From an uncultured Actinomycetota bacterium (GTDB lineage Bacteria > Actinomycetota > Actinomycetes > Actinomycetales > Cellulomonadaceae), in NCBI GenBank assembly GCA_963783005.1, contig CAWALY010000003.1, positions 52,705 to 116,704 of the forward strand: a stretch of DNA of 64,000 nucleotides. The letters run 5' to 3'. The first letter of the stretch is position 1. Every line of letters begins with the position of its first letter. This document shows, in pieces, positions 56,275-64,000 of this stretch. The notes beneath the pieces were generated by a model. The model saw only the letters and a list, made by a program, of their open reading frames with translations, was not told the origin of the DNA and made no database searches. A program made the position numbers and the translations under genes.

Positions 56275-57626
56275 CGCAGGTCGCCCTCGTCCAGCACTGC
56301 CGGGTGCAGATCGCCGTCGTCGTCGTCGGGGTCCGCGGCCAGCGGGAGGTCCGGCGGCTCGGGCATCCGCGCGGCGATGTCGGTGCGGTGGTGCGAGCCA
56401 CGCAGGGCGACCACCTCGACACCGGCGTACGCGCGCTCGCGAGCCGCGTCGAGGTCAGCCCCCAGGCCCACCACGGACAGCACCCGGCCCCCGGCGGAGA
56501 CCAGGGCGCCGTCGCTGCTGCGCGCGGTCCCGGCGTGCAGCACGTGGACCCCTGGGAGCGCCTCGGCGTCGGCTACCCCCTCGATCTCGTCCCCGGCCCG
56601 GACGGTGCCCGGGTAGCCGTGGGCGGCGATCACGACGGTGACCGCAGCCTCGTCCCGCCAGCGCAGCGGACCGACGCCGCCGAGCTCCCCGGTCGCCGCG
56701 GCGAGCAGCAGCTCGGCCAGCGGGGTGGCCAGCCGGGCGAGCACGACCTGGGTCTCCGGGTCGCCGAACCGCGCGTTGAACTCGACCACTCGCACGCCCC
56801 GCGTGGTCAGCGCGAGGCCGCAGTACAGCACCCCGACGAAGGGCGCCCCCCGCCGGCGCATCTCGTCCAGCGTCGGGCGAGCGACCCGGGTCACGACCTC
56901 GGCCACCAGGTCCGCAGGGGCCCACGGCAACGGCGAGTAGGCCCCCATCCCGCCGGTGTTGGGTCCCTCGTCGCCGTCCAGTGCGCGCTTGAAGTCCTGG
57001 GCCGGTGCGAGCGGGACCACGTCCTCGCCGTCGCACAGGCAGAACAGCGACACCTCGGGCCCGTCCAGGTACTCCTCGACCACGACGGCGGGCCGGTCGC
57101 CGGCGGCGGCCCGGCGCTCCAGGCAGGACAGGCCGTGCGCGAGCGCGGCGTCGCGGTCCTCGGTGACCACGACGCCCTTGCCGGCCGCGAGCCCGTCGTC
57201 CTTGACCACGTACGGCGCTCCGAAGGAGTCCAGCGCCTCGGCCAGCTCCGCCTCGGTGGTGCACACGTGGGCCATCGCGGTGGGCACCGCGGCCGCGGCC
57301 ATGACCTCCTTGGCGAACGACTTCGAGCCCTCCAGCGCGGCGGCCTGCGCGCTCGGCCCGAAGCACGGGATGCCGGCGCCGCGCACCGCGTCGGCGACCC
57401 CGGCGACCAGGGGGGCCTCGGGGCCCACGACCACGAGGTCGGCCGCGAGCTCGCGGGCCAGCGTGGCGACCTCGTCACCGTCGGTGGCGGTCACCGTGTG
57501 CAGGGTGGCGAGCGCCGCGATCCCGGGGTTCCCGGGCGCGGCGTGCAGCTCGTGCTCACCGCCCAGGTCCAGCGCGCGGACGATGGCGTGCTCGCGCGCG
57601 CCGGAACCGATGACGAGGATCCTCAC
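56271..57626 (-). CDS. purD: Phosphoribosylamine-glycine ligase
   Basis: 451 aa with [14 protein letters not shown], an ATP-grasp core, and FNARFGDPE. An acidic C-terminal extension is present. Confidence 0.94.
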   Translation of the reverse strand: MRILVIGSGAREHAIVRALDLGGEHELHAAPGNPGIAALATLHTVTATDGDEVATLARELAADLVVVGPEAPLVAGVADAVRGAGIPCFGPSAQAAALEGSKSFAKEVMAAAAVPTAMAHVCTTEAELAEALDSFGAPYVVKDDGLAAGKGVVVTEDRDAALAHGLSCLERRAAAGDRPAVVVEEYLDGPEVSLFCLCDGEDVVPLAPAQDFKRALDGDEGPNTGGMGAYSPLPWAPADLVAEVVTRVARPTLDEMRRRGAPFVGVLYCGLALTTRGVRVVEFNARFGDPETQVVLARLATPLAELLLAAATGELGGVGPLRWRDEAAVTVVIAAHGYPGTVRAGDEIEGVADAEALPGVHVLHAGTARSSDGALVSAGGRVLSVVGLGADLDAARERAYAGVEVVALRGSHHRTDIAARMPEPPDLPLAADPDDDDGDLHPAVLDEGDLR

Positions 57627-57637
57627 GGGGCGCCAGC

Positions 57638-58264
57638 CTAGCCGCGCCCCTCGCCGCCGTCGGCCGGCTCCGCCCCCGACGTCGGGCCGTCGGAGTCCGC
57701 AACAGGGAACGCGTCGACGTGCACCCGGACGACCCGACGGCCCGCGACGTCGCCGGCCTCGCGGTGCGCCCTTGCCGCGTGGAGGTGGCGCTCGAGCACC
57801 TCGCCGAGCTCTGTGCTCATCGCGTCGAGCTCCTCGGCGGTCATCAGGGCCCTGCCGTCGACGTTCACCGACACGTCACGCCACTCGGGGGCCTCGGTGG
57901 GCATGCGCTCCAGCCAGCGACGCACCTGCTCACCCCGCAGGGCGTCGCGCGCCGTGACCAGCCCGACCAGCGCGTCGCGCACCGCGTCGTCGGCGAAGTC
58001 GTCGGCGTCGAGCGTGAAGCCGACCGGGCGCCACCACCGCTCGCGCCCACCGGTGTGCTCCGGGTCGTCCTCGACGAACCCGTGCTTGGCGAGCTGGCGC
58101 AGGTGGTAGCTGGTCTGGCCGGTCGACTCGCCGGTGGCACGGGCGAGCTGGGTCGCGGTGGCCGGGCCGTGGTCGACCAGGTACTCGAACATCGCGATGC
58201 GCAGCGGGTGCACGAAGGCCTTGAGCGCCTCGGGTCCCGGACGGGGACGGCTTGCGTCGGGCAT
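57638..58264 (-). CDS. ArsR-family (HTH_20) winged-helix regulator with C-terminal domain
   Basis: 208 aa from [58 protein letters not shown]. Confidence 0.82.
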   Translation of the reverse strand: MPDASRPRPGPEALKAFVHPLRIAMFEYLVDHGPATATQLARATGESTGQTSYHLRQLAKHGFVEDDPEHTGGRERWWRPVGFTLDADDFADDAVRDALVGLVTARDALRGEQVRRWLERMPTEAPEWRDVSVNVDGRALMTAEELDAMSTELGEVLERHLHAARAHREAGDVAGRRVVRVHVDAFPVADSDGPTSGAEPADGGEGRG

Positions 58265-58279
58265 GATTCCAGAGATACC

Positions 58280-58321
58280 TTTGCAGAGACTTCTTTGCAA
58301 GGAGATCTTTGCGGATCTCGA
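58280..58321. promoter_or_regulatory. Three phased 14-bp direct repeats starting TTTGC in the ArsR/MFS divergent spacer
   Basis: TTTGCAGAGACTTC / TTTGCAAGGAGATC / TTTGCGGATCTCGA start at 58280, 58294 and 58308. The patch is locally AT-rich. Confidence 0.6.
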
Positions 58322-58343
58322 GACCCAGCCTAGTGAGGTTCAC

Positions 58344-59609
58344 ATGAGCACAGCCGTCGCCGACGCGAAGACCCGCCAGGCCCGCGAGCCGCTCGGCCGC
58401 CGCTTCCACGCCCTGCTGGCCTCCACGAGCCTGGCGAACCTCGCCGACGGCATCGTCCAGATCGGCGTGCCGCTGTACGCCGTCACCCTGACCCGGTCCC
58501 CGGTGCTGATCTCGATGCTGGCCGCCGCGGCCTGGGTGCCGTGGCTCCTCCTGGGCCTGCTGGGCGGCGCCGCCGTCGACCGCGGCGACCGCAAGCGGAT
58601 GCAGGTGGCCGCCCTGCTCGTGCGCGCCGCCCTGCTGGCGGTCGGCGCAGCGCTGATCGCGACCGGCCACGCGAGCATCGTCGTCCTCATCGCGCTCACG
58701 GCGCTGTACGGCGTGACCGACGTCGTGGTCGACCTCGCGGAGAACGCGCTGGTCCCCGACGTCGCGCCGCGCAGCCGCCTGCAGGCCGCCAACGGTCGGG
58801 TCATGGCTGCCCAGCTGGTCGGGGCGACGTTCGTCGGTGCACCGATCGCCGGCTGGCTGCTCGGCGTCGACCCGGCCGCGATGCTGGTCGTCCCCGCCAC
58901 GCTGGCGGTCGGCGCGGCCGTGGTGCTGGCGCTCGGCGTCGTCGGGCGCTACCGCCACTCCGCGCCCGACCAGCCCGGCTCGCCGACGTCGACGCTCGCG
59001 CGGGTCCGCGAGGGCCTCTCGGTGCTCTGGCACCACCCGGCGCTGCGGCCGCTGACCATCGCGGGCGCGGTGTTCAACATGGCGTCGACCGGCTACTCCG
59101 CGCTCCTCGTGCTGTGGGCCGTCGGCGCCGGGTCGGCGGTCGGCCTCACCGCCCAGCAGTACGCCTGGGTCGGCGTGGCGATGGCCGCAGGCGCGATCAT
59201 CGGCTCGGTGGCCACCGAGGCCCTGGTCAGCCGGGTCCCCGAGCTGCGCGTGATGCTGGTCGGGTGGGTGGTTGCCGCCACCACGCTCGCGGTCCCCGTC
59301 CTCTGGCCGACCCCCGCCGCGATGTTCGGCGCCGTCGCGATCACGGGGCTGACGGCCTCGTCGGTCAACGTGATCAGCCAGTCTGTGCGCCAGCGCCTGG
59401 TGCCCGCCGGCACCCTGGGACGGGTCACCGGGGCGTCGCGGACACTCGGCTACGGCCTCATGCCGCTTGGCGCGATGGCCTCGGGCGTCGCCGCCGAGCA
59501 CTGGGGCCTGGCACCGGTGATGCTCGTTGCCGCCGGTCTGACCGTGCTCATCCCGATCGTGCTGGCCACCCACGTGCGCTCGTCGATGCTGACCGTCCCC
59601 ATCCCCTGA
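58344..59609 (+). CDS. MFS transporter (MFS_3 / EntS-like)
   Basis: 421 aa from MSTAVADA with about 12 hydrophobic helices. The D-R-x-x-R-K-like motif (VDRGDRKRM) follows TM2. Confidence 0.83.
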   Translation: MSTAVADAKTRQAREPLGRRFHALLASTSLANLADGIVQIGVPLYAVTLTRSPVLISMLAAAAWVPWLLLGLLGGAAVDRGDRKRMQVAALLVRAALLAVGAALIATGHASIVVLIALTALYGVTDVVVDLAENALVPDVAPRSRLQAANGRVMAAQLVGATFVGAPIAGWLLGVDPAAMLVVPATLAVGAAVVLALGVVGRYRHSAPDQPGSPTSTLARVREGLSVLWHHPALRPLTIAGAVFNMASTGYSALLVLWAVGAGSAVGLTAQQYAWVGVAMAAGAIIGSVATEALVSRVPELRVMLVGWVVAATTLAVPVLWPTPAAMFGAVAITGLTASSVNVISQSVRQRLVPAGTLGRVTGASRTLGYGLMPLGAMASGVAAEHWGLAPVMLVAAGLTVLIPIVLATHVRSSMLTVPIP

Positions 59610-59630
59610 CCCGTCGGCGCCCCGCCCGGC

Positions 59631-60194
59631 TCAGCCGGACGGAGCCGCATCCACGCGCTCCTCGAGGCCGCCGAGCAGCTCCAGGGCCTCGTCCGCCCAG
59701 GCGATCGCCGCGCGCGCGGAGTGCTCGCCCGCCGAGAGGGTGAGCAACGCGTACGGCCGGTGCCCGTCGGCCGGTTCGGCCTCGGCGCGGGCCCGCTGCT
59801 CCGCCAGACGCTCCAGAGCGGCCACGGCCCGCTCCCGGTGGTCTCGAACCAACGCCGCGCACTCGACCGGCCCGAGCACATGCCCGAAGAACAGCCTCAG
59901 CAGCGTCCCGTTTCGGGCCGGGGCCGGCACCACCGGCGTGCGCAGCAGCTCGGCGAGCCGGTCCCGGCCCGCGCCGGTCAGCACGAACTCCGACGACCCT
60001 CGCCGCCCGCCCGCGACCCGCTCGACGTGCCCGTCCTCCTCGAGCCGCGCGAGCGCCGGGTAGATCTGCCCGAAGCTCTCGCTCCAGAACTGCCCGAGCA
60101 CCTCGCCGATCGCCTCGCGCACCGCGTACCCGCTCATCGGGCCCACACTCAGCGCACCGAGAACCGCGAGGTCCGTCTGCCTGACCCTTGCCAT
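59631..60194 (-). CDS. PadR-family regulator with C-terminal (PadR_C-type) domain
   Basis: 187 aa from MARVRQTDLAVLGALSVGPMSGYAVREAI........SFGQIYPALARLEEDG. SD aggaagg lies upstream. Confidence 0.85.
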   Translation of the reverse strand: MARVRQTDLAVLGALSVGPMSGYAVREAIGEVLGQFWSESFGQIYPALARLEEDGHVERVAGGRRGSSEFVLTGAGRDRLAELLRTPVVPAPARNGTLLRLFFGHVLGPVECAALVRDHRERAVAALERLAEQRARAEAEPADGHRPYALLTLSAGEHSARAAIAWADEALELLGGLEERVDAAPSG

Positions 60195-60212
60195 CGGCAC
60201 GACCTTCCTGTT

Positions 60213-60222
60213 AGATATATCT
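60213..60222. promoter_or_regulatory. AT-core palindrome AGATATATCT in the PadR / membrane-protein divergent spacer
   Basis: A perfect 10-bp palindrome. It lies 19 nt from the PadR ATG and 31 nt from the ATG of the divergent gene. Confidence 0.5.
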
Positions 60223-60252
60223 GCCAGATACCCTAGCGGATGGAGAGCGGTC

Positions 60253-60708
60253 ATGGACACACCCGGGATCGGCCGCGCGGCGGGACTCGTCGGCGGGGTC
60301 ACAGCGGCCGGGCTCGCGGCCTTCCAGGCGGCACTCGCGCTCGGCGCCCCGTGGGGCGAGGGGGCGTGGGGCGGCGGGCAGGCCGAGCCGGGCGCCGGGT
60401 TGCGCGCCGCAAGCGCGGTGGCCGCCGGGATCTGGGTCGGCGCGGCGGCGACCGTCGCGCGCCGAGGGGGCCTGCGCACGTGGGCACCGGTCCCGGACCG
60501 CTGGCTGGGCAGGGCCACCGGGATCGTCGCCGGCTACGCCGGGCTCGGGACACTGCTGAACCTGATCTCGCGCAGCGACCTGGAGCGAGCCGTCATGACC
60601 CCGGTCGCCCTGCTGATCGCCGTCGCGTTCGGCACGGCCGCGCGTTGGGGCACCGGAACCGCAGCGGTCACCACCGATCCCCGTGAGCCCCTCGCCGCGG
60701 CCCGCTGA
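60253..60708 (+). CDS. Small polytopic membrane protein, unknown function
   Basis: 151 aa, Gly/Ala-rich hydrophobic helices, SD ggagag, divergent from the PadR gene. Confidence 0.55.
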   Translation: MDTPGIGRAAGLVGGVTAAGLAAFQAALALGAPWGEGAWGGGQAEPGAGLRAASAVAAGIWVGAAATVARRGGLRTWAPVPDRWLGRATGIVAGYAGLGTLLNLISRSDLERAVMTPVALLIAVAFGTAARWGTGTAAVTTDPREPLAAAR

Positions 60709-60714
60709 CCGCCG

Positions 60715-62001
<1,287 letters not shown>

Positions 62002-62183
62002 GTGTCCTCGATCCCTGTCCACGAGCGACCGTCGACGTCCCGGCGGCCGCACCGAGGCTACCGGCTCGGGTCCCGACGGTGCCCGGACGCCCGCTCGCCG
62101 GGCGGCTTCGGGGGCGGTGCGCTCGCCGTGCGGCACCCCCGGACCGAAAGTACAGTCGGCGCGACCACCCGAACGGAGTGACC

Positions 62184-62525
62184 ATGCTCGAGATCGCGAT
62201 GTCGCCCACGGCGACCACGCTGACGATCTCGGGCGACCTCGACCTCGCCGAACGTGATCAGTTCCCCGAGGTGGCGGCCCGGGTCACCGGGCTGCGCCGC
62301 CAGCTCCTGGTGATCGACATGTGCCGGGTGACGTTCCTGGACTCCACCGGCGCCGCGTTCCTCATCTCGCTGGCCGACTCCGCGCGCAGGCGAGGTGGGG
62401 CGGCCGTGCTGCGCGGCTCCTCGGACCGGGACCTGTTCGTGCTCGAGGTGTGCGGCGCGCTGGCGATGTTCCGGGTCGACGGCGAGCACCGCTGCGCGGC
62501 ACCGGAGCACGACACCCGGGACTGA
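62184..62525 (+). CDS. STAS-domain anti-sigma-factor antagonist
   Basis: 113 aa. LTISGDLDL......F.........[18 protein letters not shown] contains the phosphorylatable Ser in the DST motif. Confidence 0.8.
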   Translation: MLEIAMSPTATTLTISGDLDLAERDQFPEVAARVTGLRRQLLVIDMCRVTFLDSTGAAFLISLADSARRRGGAAVLRGSSDRDLFVLEVCGALAMFRVDGEHRCAAPEHDTRD

Positions 62526-62543
62526 CGTCGCCCGGCGGCCGGC

Positions 62544-64000
62544 TCACACGCCGGTCGGCGGCGGCGCGGGGTCCACCAGAGCCCAGACCACCTTGCCTTG
62601 CGCGGTCGGCTCCCAGCCCCACCGGGCCAGGCGCTCAACGATCCGCATGCCGTACCCACCGACCCGGCCCTCGTGTCCGTCGACACTGACCGGCGGCGCG
62701 GGGTTGGCGTCCTCGACCTCGATCCGCAGCGCGCCACCCACGTCGAACAACCGGAGCACCAGGTGGCCCCAGCCGTGCAGCACCGCGTTGGCCACGAGCT
62801 CGGAGACCACCAGCTCCGCGCTCTGCCCACCCGGGATCCCCCAGGCCTCGCAGGCCCGCAGGACCGCGTGCCTGGCCCGGGAGATCGACCCGGGCTCGCT
62901 GGGCAGCGACCACCGCCGGCGGCGCCCGCCCTCGTCGACGGCGGCGGGGGCCGACGGGTCGGGCACCCGGACCACGACCACCGCCACGTCGTCCTCCGGC
63001 GAGTCGCCCAGCCGGGTCAGCAGCTCCTCGCCGACACCGGCCGCGTCCAGCCCGCCGAGCGGCCCGGCCAGGTCGAGCAGTGCCTGGAGACCCTCGCGCA
63101 GCGTCCGGTCACGTCGCTCGATGAGCCCGTCGGTGAACAGCACGAGGAGGTCGCCCGGCCCCAGGTCACGGGACTCGCTGGTGCGGCCGCCCGAACCGAA
63201 CCCGATCATCGGCCCCGCGGCGCCGGTGAGGGTCTCGGCCCGTCCGTCGCGCACGAGCACCGCAGGCAGGTGGCCGCCGCGGGACCAGAGCAGCCGCCAA
63301 CCCGACCCTGCCCGGGTCATCGAGGCCAGCACCAGGCTCGCCGGCCGGGCCAGCCGGACCCCGCCGACGTGCTGGTCGACCCGGTCCAGGACCGCGCCGG
63401 GCGCCGTCTCGTCGTGCGCGTAGGCCCGGACCACCGACCGCAGCTGGCCCATCACGGCGGCTGCCTCGACGTCGTGCCCCACGACGTCGCCGATCACCAG
63501 CACCACGTGGTCGGGGGAGACCTCGAGCACGTCGTACCAGTCACCGCCGACCTGCGCGTGGCCCGAGCTCGGCGCGTAGTACGTCCACACGTCCAGACCC
63601 CGGATCTCGGCCTGCTCGGGCAGCATCGCGCGCTGGAGCGTCTCGGCCAGCCGGTGCTCGCGCGCGTACAGCCGGACGTTGTCCGCGGCGAGCCCCACCC
63701 GGCGCACCACCAGGTACAGCACCGTGAGGTCGTGCTCGGAGTACCCGGCCAGGCCGACGCCGTGGCGGGGCGCGGTCGCCAGGACGCCCTGCACCAGGCG
63801 GCGCCCGGCGACCGGGTGCACCACGACGGCCTCCACCGGCGGACGGCGCCCGCGCAGCGGCTCCAGGAGGTGGTCCACGAGGTGCTGGGTGGTCGTCCCG
63901 AGCCCGGTGGCGTCCAGCCGGACCTCGACGGGCTCGCGGCTGACGCCGTCCAGCAGGTCCTGCACCGGGTCCGGCGCGACGCCGGCGCGCCGGCGTCGGG
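62544..64000 (-). CDS. (GAF)-PP2C/SpoIIE phosphatase fused to an RsbW-like HATPase anti-sigma kinase domain; N-terminus probably outside the window
   Basis: PP2C motifs: VGGDWYDV, VIGDVVGHD, LLVLFTDGLIE. The C-terminal ~130 aa has SELVANAVLHG...GYGMRIVERLA (HATPase_c_2). The frame is open to the window end, and the upstream sequence looks like the end of a GAF domain. Confidence 0.8.
   Translation of the reverse strand, partial: RRRRAGVAPDPVQDLLDGVSREPVEVRLDATGLGTTTQHLVDHLLEPLRGRRPPVEAVVVHPVAGRRLVQGVLATAPRHGVGLAGYSEHDLTVLYLVVRRVGLAADNVRLYAREHRLAETLQRAMLPEQAEIRGLDVWTYYAPSSGHAQVGGDWYDVLEVSPDHVVLVIGDVVGHDVEAAAVMGQLRSVVRAYAHDETAPGAVLDRVDQHVGGVRLARPASLVLASMTRAGSGWRLLWSRGGHLPAVLVRDGRAETLTGAAGPMIGFGSGGRTSESRDLGPGDLLVLFTDGLIERRDRTLREGLQALLDLAGPLGGLDAAGVGEELLTRLGDSPEDDVAVVVVRVPDPSAPAAVDEGGRRRRWSLPSEPGSISRARHAVLRACEAWGIPGGQSAELVVSELVANAVLHGWGHLVLRLFDVGGALRIEVEDANPAPPVSVDGHEGRVGGYGMRIVERLARWGWEPTAQGKVVWALVDPAPPPTGV

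Overview
High-GC (roughly 72-75 % by eye) actinobacterial chromosomal DNA. A CBM2-like module and a CebR/CelR-type operator suggest a cellulolytic Micrococcales-type organism, but this is not proven. The backbone is a dispersed purine-biosynthesis supercluster, entirely on the minus strand: purM-purF, purL, purQ-purS, purC-purD, purA. Other blocks lie between these units: arcA, Dps, a DUF222/HNH endonuclease, an ECF sigma/anti-sigma pair with an IS5-family transposase just upstream, an MscS channel with a hexapeptide-repeat tail, galE, and a tRNA-Glu/Asp/Phe operon. Further along are a secreted ExeM/NucH nuclease, an alkyl-sulfatase, PPK2, a Ycf46-like AAA+ ATPase, LigC and a TetR/acyl-CoA-oxidase pair. 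Then come a CUT1 sugar ABC transporter with a frameshifted binding-protein gene, a FadA2/FabG4/HtdX-like operon, two PadR units, an ArsR-MFS pair, three c-di-GMP turnover proteins and a partner-switching module. I found no CRISPR array, rRNA, prophage, canonical defence system or secondary-metabolite cluster. Many long ORFs in the six-frame track are antisense or read-through artefacts of high GC. The most interesting signals are regulatory or architectural: (1) a ~45-bp element duplicated on both sides of the ABC cassette, next to a near-perfect CebR box; (2) a LacI-type sugar-binding domain fused to GAF-PAS-GGDEF-EAL; (3) a repeat-dense structured convergent spacer; (4) a GNAT/P-loop fusion beside a pentapeptide-repeat protein; (5) an actinobacterial Ycf46-like ATPase. 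All are hypotheses. Nothing here can be shown from sequence alone to be a new system. All family calls rest on motifs I recognise by eye, not on database searches.
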